A stretch of 64,000 nucleotides of DNA, from the sequence record MT932213.1. One strand, given 5' to 3'. A model generated the notes under the pieces. The model made no database searches. It saw only the letters and a list, made by a program, of their open reading frames with translations, and was not told where the DNA came from. The position numbers were made by a program, and so were the translations under genes. The stretch is from Escherichia phage VEc74. Positions 1 through 9,583 of the stretch are shown in pieces (within the stretch, counting starts at the first letter, position 1; the number at the start of each line of letters is the position of its first letter).

Positions 1-118
1 CGCCATTTCGTCCAGTAATAAGAGTTTTTTGAACCTTATCTAATTGAATGTCAATAGGATTTCCACCTACTGACATTATATTTTGATACCTAACTCGGTT
101 TAGTTTAAAATTCTTCAC
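1..118 (-). CDS. 46: Recombination nuclease ATPase subunit gp46 (Rad50/SbcC-like), N-terminal fragment running off window
   Basis: Minus-strand translation ...KNFKLNRVRYQNIMSVGGNPIDIQLDKVQKTLITGRNG (start of P-loop); likely GTG start at 118 overlapping stop of upstream ORF (GTGA); position downstream of gene 47 as in T4. Confidence 0.6.
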   Translation of the reverse strand, partial: MKNFKLNRVRYQNIMSVGGNPIDIQLDKVQKTLITGRNG

Positions 119-378
119 AAAAGATTCCTTTTAATGTATCTTTTAGACCATTCTATCATATCATCATAATCTAAAAAGTATTCATCAAATTCAGCCATGC
201 AAACAACACCTTGTGCTGCTTTTGATGTGATATAAATTATTCCAACATATCTAGAATCTTCTTCGGTGTAATCAATATTTGCTATGAATTCATCGTTAAT
301 GTCAAATGTCGAAAACTTCACAGTATGCATCCTTAATACAAGATACAGCCATATCTTGTAATGATTTAGGTGTGTCAT
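115..378 (-). CDS. Hypothetical small protein (46.1-like position); true start uncertain
   Basis: ORF track; stop overlaps putative gp46 start; N-terminus overlaps next ORF so start is probably internal. Confidence 0.4.
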   Translation of the reverse strand: MTHLNHYKIWLYLVLRMHTVKFSTFDINDEFIANIDYTEEDSRYVGIIYITSKAAQGVVCMAEFDEYFLDYDDMIEWSKRYIKRNLL

Positions 379-565
379 TATCTAAAATGTTGAAGTTAAA
401 AGATACAGCCCAGTCAGTGCAGACCGTAACCTTTTTAATACAATTATCTTCAACCTCTAGTGGTTCAAACCAGTATTCAATAATTTCTTTATGCCCAATA
501 TCATCTTTTACTTCGCATTCAAAATGCTGACTCATCATAACATTTTTAAATTCATCAAAAGTCAT
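302..565 (-). CDS. Hypothetical protein (46.2-like position)
   Basis: 87-aa ORF immediately downstream of gene 47 with stop/start overlap. Confidence 0.5.
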   Translation of the reverse strand: MTFDEFKNVMMSQHFECEVKDDIGHKEIIEYWFEPLEVEDNCIKKVTVCTDWAVSFNFNILDNDTPKSLQDMAVSCIKDAYCEVFDI

Positions 566-1581
566 TGTGTTGCCTCTACATATAACTGATTTGCATATTG
601 AATAAGTGCTTCGCGATCAGAATCAGTGATGTCTGGAATTGCATTAATGTATTCTTCCATCAACGTCTGAAGAGATTGAACTTCAACCTCTTCGCTATCA
701 TCTGACTCGACAGAGTTATCAATCTTTGACACAACTCGTAATGAATGCACAACTTTTTCTAGTTCAGATTCGAACTTCGTCAGATTTTTGTCTACCTCAG
801 TTACTATAACACGTACTGATAGATTTGTAAAATCTTTATAGTCAATTTTTCCCTTAAATGGATATTGAATTCGACGATGCCAGGTAGTGTTGTTTGGAAT
901 AAATTCCATTCGTTCTGTTTCTGTATCAAACATCCAGAACCCACGAGGGTCATTCTCGTCACCTGCTGTTAGTGTCCATGGTGTCCCAATATATCTGACG
1001 TTAGCAGCCTCAGAGATAGTATGGAAGTGACCAGACCACACCTCTTTATAAGTCTTAAGGAAATCAGGTTCAAGACCGTGAGATTTCATTCCTTTATAAA
1101 AATAAAATCCATTCAGCTCCCAATGACCAACACAAAAAGAAGCAGATGAAGTTTTGATGTGTTCAAGAATTTCACCAGTATTTTCTTCACACATCCAAGG
1201 AATTAAATCAATCAAGCATCCGTCAAAATCTACTGTAGTAGGCTTATCATATACTTTAACATTAGGATATTTAGCTAAAAGCTCAGTAGAAGCATTTGGA
1301 GTTAAAGTATTTTTAAAGTGCATATCATGGTTTCCTACAACAGTATGTAGGGTAATACCAGCATCATCAAGCATTTGAACTATTTCACGGGCAAACTCCA
1401 TAGTTTTATGTGTGATTGCTTTTCGCACATCAAAAATATCGCCGTATTGAATCCATGTAGTAATTCCGTTTTTCTTAGAATATTCTATCGCTTGCTTAAT
1501 TCCATCTAATTGGATTGATTGAATCCACTCATCATCAGCTTTAACGCCTAAATGCCAATCACCTAAATTTAAAATTTTCAT
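562..1581 (-). CDS. 47: Recombination endonuclease subunit gp47 (Mre11/SbcD-like phosphoesterase)
   Basis: 339 aa; calcineurin-like phosphoesterase motifs LGDWHLG, GDIFD, GNHD, GHFH; matches T4 gp47 as I recall it. Confidence 0.9.
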   Translation of the reverse strand: MKILNLGDWHLGVKADDEWIQSIQLDGIKQAIEYSKKNGITTWIQYGDIFDVRKAITHKTMEFAREIVQMLDDAGITLHTVVGNHDMHFKNTLTPNASTELLAKYPNVKVYDKPTTVDFDGCLIDLIPWMCEENTGEILEHIKTSSASFCVGHWELNGFYFYKGMKSHGLEPDFLKTYKEVWSGHFHTISEAANVRYIGTPWTLTAGDENDPRGFWMFDTETERMEFIPNNTTWHRRIQYPFKGKIDYKDFTNLSVRVIVTEVDKNLTKFESELEKVVHSLRVVSKIDNSVESDDSEEVEVQSLQTLMEEYINAIPDITDSDREALIQYANQLYVEATQ

Positions 1582-1718
1582 ATATCAAGAACCGTCATTG
1601 AAATGCAAAATAAAATTATTGAAATAAATCCATCTGGAGTGCTAAAGAACCCAATCCAACATGCTCTAGTGAATAGATAAAATGCGAGAAAAAGTATCAC
1701 ATATCCAAGAAATATCAT
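1578..1718 (-). CDS. Small hydrophobic protein (46 aa), translationally coupled to gene 47
   Basis: ATG at 1718, MIFLGYVILFLAFYLF...; stop TGA overlaps ATG of gene 47 (ATGA); not in ORF track (<60 aa). Confidence 0.3.
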   Translation of the reverse strand: MIFLGYVILFLAFYLFTRACWIGFFSTPDGFISIILFCISMTVLDI

Positions 1719-1741
1719 TATATCAAACTCCGTATAAAGCT

Positions 1742-1759
1742 AAAGGGCCGAAGCCCTTT
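1742..1759 (-). terminator. GC-rich tetraloop hairpin overlapping a-gt stop (weak terminator / RNA-stability element)
   Basis: aaagggc-cgaa-gcccttt palindrome; weak T-tract on minus strand. Confidence 0.3.
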
Positions 1760-2960
1760 ATTTTGTAATAATGTCAAACTGCTCTTTAAAGCAGAAGCTT
1801 GAATCTTGATGCTGATACAAAAATTCATAAGCTTTTTCGCGTTCACGGTCATAAAGAGCTCGGTCAGATGACAGTTCTTTAATACGTTCAAATGTTGATT
1901 CCATGTCATTTTCATCAAACCAAACGATACCGCTATCGTGCGAAATTAATGGAGTATTATCAACACGGAATTTTAAATTTTCGCCAGTAGATTTCCAAAA
2001 TACTGGAATTGTTCCACATGCACCAAGCTCGAGATGAGTATATTCTAAAGAACGCTGTAGATATTTTTTATCTAATTTACTCAGCTGATAACCAAATCCG
2101 GATTTACTCATGCGTTCAAGCATTTCGCTATTTACATAACGGTCGAGAATTTGCGTCGGCAAATTAGGAGCAATTTTAATTTGGTCTACTTGATGAAGAC
2201 GATAATACTCGTATGGAATTCCTTTTTCTTTAATAGGAATGAACGCTGGAGAACGTTCCAGACCTTCCATAATAGTACTTAGTCCTGCAGGTTTAAGATG
2301 TTTTTCGTGAAAATCAAACATCTGATAAAAGCCTTTCCATGTAGTAGTACGACCAATCCAACGATTGATATTCATGTTAATTTCAGAAACATCTTTCCAG
2401 TAGGTTGATCGAACCTTCGCAATATCCATGGGAGGCTGAAAGTTATATACGGTCGGTGCTTCTTCAATATCATCAAATAGAGAAACAGTTTCCGGATACC
2501 ATTCTTTCATCAGAACTTTATTAAAATCACCATTATCAGAATGGCTAAAAATAACATCAGCCCGACGAACAGTTTCTTCTAATCCCAAATTTCGACGCAA
2601 AGAAAGAGAAGAATGGTCATGCTGATAAACTACAACACGAACCGAAGGTTTAATGTTATCAATAATTTTTTTATAGTTATTAATGGTGTCTTCTTCAACT
2701 GAAGTAGCAGGAACTGAATTGATAACTAGAATATCACAATCATTTACCAGCTTAAGCGTTTTATCGTATTCTTTTGCCAATAAAACCGGAATTGAAAATG
2801 ATTTATAATCATGCGCGCAATTACGAGTAAATGATTTATCTTTAGCATAAACCAAAGTTACTTCATGACCATTTTTAATAAACCAATCACGCTGCTCAAG
2901 AGAAAATTTAGTTACACCGCAACCTTCAAGACCTCGAGCCATAAAAATGCATACTTTCAT
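1758..2960 (-). CDS. a-gt: DNA alpha-glucosyltransferase (hydroxymethylcytosine glucosylation)
   Basis: 400 aa; near-identical over its length to T4 alpha-glucosyltransferase as I recall it (MxxCIFMARGLEGCGVTKFSLEQRDWFIKNGHEVTLVYAKDKSF...). Confidence 0.9.
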   Translation of the reverse strand: MKVCIFMARGLEGCGVTKFSLEQRDWFIKNGHEVTLVYAKDKSFTRNCAHDYKSFSIPVLLAKEYDKTLKLVNDCDILVINSVPATSVEEDTINNYKKIIDNIKPSVRVVVYQHDHSSLSLRRNLGLEETVRRADVIFSHSDNGDFNKVLMKEWYPETVSLFDDIEEAPTVYNFQPPMDIAKVRSTYWKDVSEINMNINRWIGRTTTWKGFYQMFDFHEKHLKPAGLSTIMEGLERSPAFIPIKEKGIPYEYYRLHQVDQIKIAPNLPTQILDRYVNSEMLERMSKSGFGYQLSKLDKKYLQRSLEYTHLELGACGTIPVFWKSTGENLKFRVDNTPLISHDSGIVWFDENDMESTFERIKELSSDRALYDREREKAYEFLYQHQDSSFCFKEQFDIITK

Positions 2961-3010
2961 TTAATATCCTCATTGTTTTGGTTTATTTTACCAAAAATTT
3001 ATAAAGCAAT

Positions 3011-3030
3011 ATAGGAGCCGAGGCTCCTAT
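3011..3030 (-). terminator. Stem-loop upstream of a-gt (putative terminator/attenuator)
   Basis: ataggagccgaggctcctat perfect hairpin followed on minus strand by T-rich ATTGCTTTATAAATTTTT. Confidence 0.35.
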
Positions 3031-3203
3031 CCGCATAATACGCCATACAGAGGCTCATTAGAGCTTCTAAATTTTATGCGCTTATATGTTATAGTTCCTT
3101 CTGCTTTAGCTTTATCGTGAGCCTCTTTAAAGCGTCTCATCATTTCTACTTTAGAGGAACGAATTTTATTATAATCTATTTCAGAAGTCTGGGTGTTCAT
3201 CTT

Positions 3204-3407
3204 TCACAGTTGCCACCATTTTTTGACTTGATAAGAATCAACCCACACTTTCATATTAGGGTCTGCTCTTACAATAGGAGGATTAACTTCTTTAATTGAA
3301 CTATCATGGTATTCTTTTTCAGAAATTTTCACACAAAGATGACCGTTCAAAGATTCAGTAAATCCTGCATTAATTTTAAGACGCTTGAATTTTACGTGTG
3401 TAAGCAT
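3204..3407 (-). CDS. Hypothetical small protein
   Basis: ORF track (68 aa); overlaps upstream gene end; weak support. Confidence 0.25.
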   Translation of the reverse strand: MLTHVKFKRLKINAGFTESLNGHLCVKISEKEYHDSSIKEVNPPIVRADPNMKVWVDSYQVKKWWQL

Positions 3408-3693
3408 CAATCATATCCTCAATCTGCGATCTAGTAGTCTTCCAAAGAATACTAATGAGTTCATCATTATATGGCTGTTTTAGAATATCCCGACTTTTCT
3501 TGATAGCATATTCGTATTGAGCAAAATTATTGTTTTCAGCTGCAATTTGAGCGTGTTTATAAAGACGGTTCAGTTCGCGTTTGTTTTTAGACAATAACTT
3601 ATTTGCTTTTCTTTCTGCTTCAAGACGGTTCTTTTCTTCAATAGAAGAAATAAGCTTTTCCACTTCATCATTAATTTCGGGTTTATCAGTCAT
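3376..3693 (-). CDS. Hypothetical coiled-coil protein
   Basis: 105-aa ORF, charged/helical composition. Confidence 0.5.
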   Translation of the reverse strand: MTDKPEINDEVEKLISSIEEKNRLEAERKANKLLSKNKRELNRLYKHAQIAAENNNFAQYEYAIKKSRDILKQPYNDELISILWKTTRSQIEDMIDAYTRKIQAS

Positions 3694-3694
3694 A

Positions 3695-3913
3695 TTATTT
3701 CTCTAATATAAAATAAAAATCATCATCTGTTAAATGATACCGATAGTTTAATTCTACACCATTAGATTTAAAAGCGGTATCATACGGATTTTCTGGATCA
3801 ATATCAATGTCAAGAGCTAAAACTTCCCTGAGATACATTTTAAGTAAATAGGGAATAGCTTCAACTTCAGGTATTTCTTCCAAGAATCCGGAGAGGTTAA
3901 TCGTTAGCCTCAT
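3695..3913 (-). CDS. Hypothetical protein
   Basis: 72-aa ORF tightly packed downstream of gene 55. Confidence 0.45.
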   Translation of the reverse strand: MRLTINLSGFLEEIPEVEAIPYLLKMYLREVLALDIDIDPENPYDTAFKSNGVELNYRYHLTDDDFYFILEK

Positions 3914-4454
3914 ATAAAAAATCCAAACTAGGAGAATCGTCTACAACACTTTTCTTTTCAGCCCCTGGTGTTCTATAGGTTGATTCTTCGTAATGCGTCA
4001 TTTTATCGTAGATGTCTTGAATAAAAGTTTCATCTACTAACGCAACCATATCGTCGTCACGACTGTCATAGACATTGTGAACGAAGTAACTATATTTCTT
4101 TGCAACTTCCTTACGTTCTTTTTTAATACGTTGGACGAATGCATTAAAACAAGCTTGAGTTATATATGCATGTGGGTTTTTATATTTCGTTTCATCAAAA
4201 TTATGAAGTCCCTTAATAGAAGCTTCTATACCATCTGCAATCATTTCTTGTTTCCAAGACTGGGTGTATCCTGAAAAGTTGAAACGTTTAGATAAGCCTT
4301 CTGCAATAAGCATAATGGCTAATCCGATAGTATCATTCTGACGAACTACTTTATTTGGGTCTTTATTATTTGCTAATTCTGTTTTCCAATCAATAATAGC
4401 TTGTAAAAGCTCTTTATTGTTTACGTAATTATATTTAGGCTTAGTTTCTGGCAT
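3897..4454 (-). CDS. 55: Late-transcription sigma factor gp55
   Basis: [23 protein letters not shown]... matches T4 gp55; ORF-track start at 4460 is GTG, the ATG at 4454 with upstream GAGGTG SD gives 185 aa. Confidence 0.9.
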   Translation of the reverse strand: MPETKPKYNYVNNKELLQAIIDWKTELANNKDPNKVVRQNDTIGLAIMLIAEGLSKRFNFSGYTQSWKQEMIADGIEASIKGLHNFDETKYKNPHAYITQACFNAFVQRIKKERKEVAKKYSYFVHNVYDSRDDDMVALVDETFIQDIYDKMTHYEESTYRTPGAEKKSVVDDSPSLDFLYEAND

Positions 4455-4534
4455 TTTCACCTCTTAGCTCAATTCATAGATCTATTATATCATAATATTT
4501 GAAGATCTATCTTAAAGCATAGAGGATGAATCAG

Positions 4535-4804
4535 CTATCTAAGTAAACAGTATGCTTGGAATACTTTCTCCATCATCTTTTTAAATTCATGAATATCTAT
4601 ATAATGACTAGTTAAATCAGCATGATATAAAAAGTCTAAAAACTTTTCATGTGTGCTAACATATTCGCTTTCATTTAATTCAGAAACATGGCTTTCCCAA
4701 TATCCAACACCAGTCTTATTTGGGAAAAATGAAATTTTCATGTATTGGTCAACATAGAAAATGCCATAATTTTCAATAGTAATAGAAATATTAATAAATT
4801 TCAT
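4535..4804 (-). CDS. Hypothetical protein (55.x region)
   Basis: ORF track, co-oriented, start/stop coupling. Confidence 0.5.
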   Translation of the reverse strand: MKFINISITIENYGIFYVDQYMKISFFPNKTGVGYWESHVSELNESEYVSTHEKFLDFLYHADLTSHYIDIHEFKKMMEKVFQAYCLLR

Positions 4805-5016
4805 ACATTCATCAACTTAGCCGCTTCAAGAGCTGCATCTAGTGAATCAAATTGATCGACATATTCAATCAATTCGCCGTAATTAGCATATAACCACCAT
4901 TGGCTAAATTCATACTCAAGGATAAATCCATTTCCTTCAATTTGAGTTAAACCAATGCCATTTGTATTTACTTCATATCCGGCAAGACGCAAATCATTGA
5001 TAAGAGATTCATTCAT
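4801..5016 (-). CDS. Hypothetical protein (55.x region)
   Basis: ORF track. Confidence 0.5.
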   Translation of the reverse strand: MNESLINDLRLAGYEVNTNGIGLTQIEGNGFILEYEFSQWWLYANYGELIEYVDQFDSLDAALEAAKLMNV

Positions 5017-5018
5017 AA

Positions 5019-5345
5019 TTATACCTTAGTAATTTTCAGATCAGCAAATTTTTTCTTGCGTTGATTTTTCATACGACGAATAGTTTTATCAGAAATTTCA
5101 TGCTTTTGATAAGCTTTAGATTCTACACCAAAAGCTTTAACATCAAATTCTGACAAGATATATTGAACCAACAATTCACGAATAGTATTTCGTCCAATTT
5201 TCTGATCATTCTGTTTCATCATCTGATGAAGCTCTTTTTCCCATTTATCCAAAATTTGAGGAGTTACAATATCGCCTTTTTCTAGCAGAGAAACTACTTT
5301 ATCATATGCATAAGAATTGATGGCGTTTTTAATTTGAATAGTCAT
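5019..5345 (-). CDS. Hypothetical protein (55.x region)
   Basis: ORF track; ATG at 5345. Confidence 0.55.
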   Translation of the reverse strand: MTIQIKNAINSYAYDKVVSLLEKGDIVTPQILDKWEKELHQMMKQNDQKIGRNTIRELLVQYILSEFDVKAFGVESKAYQKHEISDKTIRRMKNQRKKKFADLKITKV

Positions 5346-5380
5346 ACATTATCCTCAATTGCGTTAAAATTTTATTATCC

Positions 5381-5398
5381 AAAAAGGGCCGAAGCCCT
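5381..5398 (-). terminator. Rho-independent terminator-like hairpin
   Basis: agggccgaagccct hairpin followed by UUUUU on minus strand, immediately after stop of 5398..5598. Confidence 0.5.
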
Positions 5399-5598
5399 TA
5401 GCTAAACTGTTTGGCGCCCTTCCAGCCTTCGTACATCATTGCGGCTGATATTAATATTGCTCCTGCGCATTTTGAATATTTGTGATTCCAAAACCAGTTC
5501 AGAAAAACTTCGTCATCAATACCTTGTGCTATCATATTTTCAAAGAACTGACGACGAGCTTCAGCAATTCGCTGCGATAATTTAGATTCAGGATTCAT
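5398..5598 (-). CDS. Hypothetical protein
   Basis: ORF track. Confidence 0.45.
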   Translation of the reverse strand: MNPESKLSQRIAEARRQFFENMIAQGIDDEVFLNWFWNHKYSKCAGAILISAAMMYEGWKGAKQFS

Positions 5599-5730
5599 TT
5601 AAATTTCCCAATTACCGTTTTCATCAATAAATTTAATCCAGTCATTTACTGACCATTTGGTCGTATCGCCTTTTGGAGAAACATTTAAAGTGTATAGCCC
5701 TTGCTTAAAAAGCATGCGTTTGATATTCAT
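5599..5730 (-). CDS. Hypothetical small protein (start placed at internal ATG with GAGGA SD)
   Basis: ORF track 5599..5814 trimmed to ATG at 5730 to avoid overlap with upstream gene. Confidence 0.35.
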   Translation of the reverse strand: MNIKRMLFKQGLYTLNVSPKGDTTKWSVNDWIKFIDENGNWEI

Positions 5731-5737
5731 ATTTTCC

Positions 5738-6031
5738 TCAGCTGTAACGATAACACTCGTTTGATTTACGTTTAGCAACTCGTTGAGAAGTATTATAATC
5801 AAAATCATCGTCAATGTAAACTGATTTTTTCAACTTTCTCACTTCGCCGCGTAATTGACGATTTAACTCATCTTTAACTTCTGAATCAATGCCTTTCATT
5901 CTACGCCATTTATCTGAGCGAAAAATGTTTTCAACCATATCTTTATGACTTACACCATCAGGAGCTTTACGCTTTCCGAAATAGTCATAATCACGCACTT
6001 TTAAGTCTTTACGACGATACGTTTTACCCAT
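5738..6031 (-). CDS. Hypothetical basic protein
   Basis: ORF track 5738..6076, start moved to ATG 6031 (MGKTYRRKDLKVRDYDYFGKRK...). Confidence 0.45.
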   Translation of the reverse strand: MGKTYRRKDLKVRDYDYFGKRKAPDGVSHKDMVENIFRSDKWRRMKGIDSEVKDELNRQLRGEVRKLKKSVYIDDDFDYNTSQRVAKRKSNECYRYS

Positions 6032-6200
6032 GGAGTTTAATTTCCTTAGCAACTGAACTAAATACAGCACGATCACAAATCATACGTTTGTTCCATTTAA
6101 TCACAGTATAATGAACATCTAGATCATCGACTGCTGTAACAATAACGATATGTCCGTTAACACGATAATACTGGTCAATTTTAATCTCTTTATCAACCAT
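6024..6200 (-). CDS. Hypothetical small protein (58 aa)
   Basis: MVDKEIKIDQYYRVNGHIV...; GAGGA SD; directly downstream of an early promoter; absent from ORF track. Confidence 0.4.
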   Translation of the reverse strand: MVDKEIKIDQYYRVNGHIVIVTAVDDLDVHYTVIKWNKRMICDRAVFSSVAKEIKLHG

Positions 6201-6227
6201 ATCAATTCCTCAAAGGTAATTCATATG

Positions 6228-6262
6228 TTAATAATACCACGGTTTGAACTTGTTGTAAACAA
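6228..6262 (-). promoter_or_regulatory. T4-type early promoter (-35 GTTTAC, -10 TATTAT)
   Basis: minus-strand GTTTAC (plus 6255..6260), ~18-nt spacer, TATTAT, then SD and ATG of 6024..6200. Confidence 0.45.
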
Positions 6263-6358
6263 CTTTGTGAAAAATATTTTAGGGAATGATAAGAAAGGAA
6301 CGATAGCTTAGAATGGTAATATACAGAATGTGAGAAAGAAAGGCCCAGAGGGCCAGTC

Positions 6359-6682
6359 TTAATCTTCTATGATATCTCTATCATATCCAAGTGAAATGAG
6401 AGTTTCTTTGAAGTGTTTAATGTTCTTTTGTCTAGAATCATTAATGAAAATGACTGGATAACGAATGTTAAGAGATGTGAATCCAGCGCGTTTAGCAAGA
6501 GATACAATCAGCGGACGATCATACTCAATCTTACCATTATTTGTAAGAACTTTATAGAAAGTAAAAGGAGCATTGAGCTCCTTTAGAAGTTTTGTAACTG
6601 ATTGACATCCAGGACAACGACCTACTTCATCTGGAATTCCATAGACTTCAATCTTATTCTTTAAGTTCGAGTTTTGTTCCAC
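6359..6682 (-). CDS. nrdH: Glutaredoxin/NrdH-like redoxin (CPGC active site)
   Basis: EVYGIPDEVGRCPGCQSV... thioredoxin-fold CxxC; ORF-track N-terminus overlaps upstream gene, so start placed at GTG 6682 (AAGGAA SD). Confidence 0.55.
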   Translation of the reverse strand: MEQNSNLKNKIEVYGIPDEVGRCPGCQSVTKLLKELNAPFTFYKVLTNNGKIEYDRPLIVSLAKRAGFTSLNIRYPVIFINDSRQKNIKHFKETLISLGYDRDIIED

Positions 6683-6965
6683 GAGAAATAATTCCTTGGT
6701 AAGCCCAATAAGGAGGATTAACAGAATCCTCACCAGAGTTTTCTTCAGGAAAATAAACCTGGATAACGAAGCCGGATTCATCAAAGGTGAAATAAGTAGT
6801 AGGCAGTTCACCTAACAAATCGGCACGAGCGTTGATTTCTTCGAGGTCTTGTTCACGTCCAGCCCAGAAGCTTGGGTTCAGACTACATTCATAGAAATAA
6901 TAGTCATTACCGAACATATCAAAACCATTCCAACTCTCTACTACATACCGCTCAAAACTAATCAT
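6654..6965 (-). CDS. Hypothetical protein
   Basis: ORF track, 103 aa. Confidence 0.5.
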   Translation of the reverse strand: MISFERYVVESWNGFDMFGNDYYFYECSLNPSFWAGREQDLEEINARADLLGELPTTYFTFDESGFVIQVYFPEENSGEDSVNPPYWAYQGIISRGTKLELKE

Positions 6966-6967
6966 AA

Positions 6968-7183
6968 TTAAGCCTTTTTATCAAGAACCGCATTCAGCTT
7001 GTTAGTAATTTTATCCAGACGCTCATTGAACTCACTAGAAGATAAGCCCTTTTCTGGAGAAATTAAACTAATCACGAAAAATATAGCAATAAAAGGAATA
7101 AGGAAAATAGCTCCAACTGCCATAAACAGAAAGAATGTTACAGTTGTAAGAAAATCAGCTAAACCTTTACGAAATTTATACAT
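6968..7183 (-). CDS. Small membrane protein (single TM helix)
   Basis: TVTFFLFMAVGAIFLIPFIAIFFVISLI hydrophobic segment. Confidence 0.45.
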   Translation of the reverse strand: MYKFRKGLADFLTTVTFFLFMAVGAIFLIPFIAIFFVISLISPEKGLSSSEFNERLDKITNKLNAVLDKKA

Positions 7184-7298
7184 ATTTTACCCTTAATTGA
7201 TTAACCAAGCATTGATAAGCACTAAACTATACTGCGAATAAAATTCTGGACCAAAATGAAAAATCATATCATTTATAGTATCCATAATATAATTCAAT

Positions 7299-7769
7299 TT
7301 AATCATGTTTCCACACCCCATCGGTATTTGACCAAAGTCGCTGATTATCTGATCCTCGCCACAGCTTTTTAGTCGGAAGATTTTTCTCATACTTCCCATC
7401 AATAATAACATCAACATATTTAAGCATTTCTAGTTGTTTAATATCTTCAAATTTATATCCTGTCCACAACCAAATGCTTTTATTGGGATAAAGATTTTTT
7501 ACTGTTTGAACGATGCAATGAATAACATCTCGGTTATCAGGATAGAGAGGGTCTCCTCCAGTTATAGTTAATCCTTCTATATAATCATTATTCAAACATT
7601 CAATTAATTGTTCTAGTGTTTCACCAGTGAATGGAATACCATTTCTAGCATTCCATGTTGATTTATTATAACACCCTTCACATTTATGCAAACAACCTGT
7701 AACGAAAAGAACGACCCTGCAACCAGGGCCATTCACAAAATCGCAAGGATAAAATCTATCATAATTCAT
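7299..7769 (-). CDS. nrdG: Anaerobic ribonucleotide reductase activating protein (radical SAM)
   Basis: 156 aa; CxxxCxxC cluster motif CLHKCEGCY; adjacent to nrdD. Confidence 0.85.
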   Translation of the reverse strand: MNYDRFYPCDFVNGPGCRVVLFVTGCLHKCEGCYNKSTWNARNGIPFTGETLEQLIECLNNDYIEGLTITGGDPLYPDNRDVIHCIVQTVKNLYPNKSIWLWTGYKFEDIKQLEMLKYVDVIIDGKYEKNLPTKKLWRGSDNQRLWSNTDGVWKHD

Positions 7770-9583
7770 TGGTGTTTAACCCTATGCATGATTTCTTTAT
7801 TTTTGCCGAGATTAAATCCACGTTCGTTCGGATTTCCCAAATAACCACATGTTCTTCTTATGGTATTCATCTTTTTAGGATCAGTTTCTCCACAAATAGA
7901 ACAAACAAATCCGTTTTCAGTAGGAGTCATTTCATGGGTACTTCCACATGTAAAACATTTATCCACTGGCATATTAACACCAAAATAATCTAAATGTTGT
8001 GCAGCATAATCCCATACGGCCTCAAGACCTTTCAAGTTATTTTTCATATCAGGAAGTTCAACATAAGAAATGTGACCACCTGTCGCAATGAAATGATATG
8101 GCGCTTCACGAGAAATCTTTTCAAACGGAGTAATATTTTCTTCTACTGAAACATGGAAACTGTTAGTGTACCAGCCTTTATCGGTAACATCTTTTACACT
8201 TCCATATTTTTCTGTATCAAGTTTACAGAAGCGATAACAAAGGTTTTCAGCAGGAGTCGAATATAAACTAAAAGCAAATCCGGTTCTTTCAGTCCACTGT
8301 TTAAGATGAGCATTCATTTTAGTTAAAATTTCTCGTCCAATATCACGACCGGCAAGAATATTCAATTCGTGAATACCAATGTATCCTAAAGACACTGAAC
8401 TTCTGCCGTTTTTAAATAACTCAATTATATCGTCATCAGGTTTAAGACGAACCCCGAATGCACCTTCTTGATAAAGAATAGGAGCAACAGTAGCTTTAAC
8501 TCCTTTTAAGGAACTAATTCTACACATCAAAGCTTCAAAACATAAATCCATTCGCTCATTGAACAATTCGATAAATTTCTGTTCATTGAACTGTGTTCCA
8601 ATATAAGAATCTAATGCGATACGAGGAAGATTCAGTGTTACAACACCAAGATTATTACGTCCATCAAGAATTTCATTACCGGTTGAATCTTTCCACACAC
8701 CCAAGAAACTGCGGCAACCCATTGGAGAAACAGGAATAGATGAGCCGGTGATAGCTTTATTGTTCTTAGCTGAAATAATATCAGGATACATTCTTTTGCT
8801 TGCGCACTCTAGAGCAAGCTGCTTAATATCATAGTTCGGATCGTCTTTATAAAGATTAACACCTTCTTCAACAAACATAACAAGCTTAGGGAAAATAGGA
8901 GTTATCCCATCACGACCAAGACCTTTAATACGATTTTTCAGAATTGCTTTCTGAATCATTCGTTCAGTCCAGTCAGTTCCCGTACCAAATGTAATTGTTA
9001 CAAAAGGCGTTTGTCCGTTTGAACTAAAGAGAGTGTTTACTTCATATTCATAAGCTTGAAATGCATCGTATACGTCTTTTTCTGTTTTAGATTGAGCATA
9101 ATTCAACGCATCAGCGATTTGCCATTTTTCTGCATCCTCAATATGTTTTGCATAGGTGCGTTTAACATAAGGAGAAAGTACTTTATCTACATTCGCAAAA
9201 GTCGTTCCGCCGTATTGGTGAGAAGCAACCTGTGCAGTAATTTGTGCCATAATTGCAGTAGCAACACCGATTGATTTAGGAGTTTCAATCTGTGCATTAC
9301 CAAGCTTAAATCCATTCTCAAGCATTCCTTTTAAATCTACTAAACAACAATTAGTAAATGGAAGAGCAGGGGAATAATCAATATCGTGGAAATGGATAAT
9401 TCCGCTTTCATGCGCTTTCATAATAAAAGACGGGACCATATTTTTGGCAATGTGTTTAGACACAATACCAGCCATAAGGTCCCGTTGAGTTGGAAAAACA
9501 CGAGAATCTTTATTAGCATTCTCGTTTAAAAGGTCTTTATTAGTTTTATGAATCAATCCTTCAATTTCTTTTTCAATTGTCAT
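7766..9583 (-). CDS. nrdD: Anaerobic (class III) ribonucleotide reductase, uninterrupted
   Basis: 605 aa; C-terminal glycyl-radical motif RRTCGYLG and Zn-ribbon CFTCGS...CSICG; single continuous ORF (no intron). Confidence 0.9.
   Translation of the reverse strand: MTIEKEIEGLIHKTNKDLLNENANKDSRVFPTQRDLMAGIVSKHIAKNMVPSFIMKAHESGIIHFHDIDYSPALPFTNCCLVDLKGMLENGFKLGNAQIETPKSIGVATAIMAQITAQVASHQYGGTTFANVDKVLSPYVKRTYAKHIEDAEKWQIADALNYAQSKTEKDVYDAFQAYEYEVNTLFSSNGQTPFVTITFGTGTDWTERMIQKAILKNRIKGLGRDGITPIFPKLVMFVEEGVNLYKDDPNYDIKQLALECASKRMYPDIISAKNNKAITGSSIPVSPMGCRSFLGVWKDSTGNEILDGRNNLGVVTLNLPRIALDSYIGTQFNEQKFIELFNERMDLCFEALMCRISSLKGVKATVAPILYQEGAFGVRLKPDDDIIELFKNGRSSVSLGYIGIHELNILAGRDIGREILTKMNAHLKQWTERTGFAFSLYSTPAENLCYRFCKLDTEKYGSVKDVTDKGWYTNSFHVSVEENITPFEKISREAPYHFIATGGHISYVELPDMKNNLKGLEAVWDYAAQHLDYFGVNMPVDKCFTCGSTHEMTPTENGFVCSICGETDPKKMNTIRRTCGYLGNPNERGFNLGKNKEIMHRVKHQ

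Noticed and set aside
1718-7417. ORFs 1718..1918 and 7193..7417 overlapping a-gt and nrdG in alternative frames
   Set aside because: They overlap full-length conserved genes; the alternative frame is more likely spurious.
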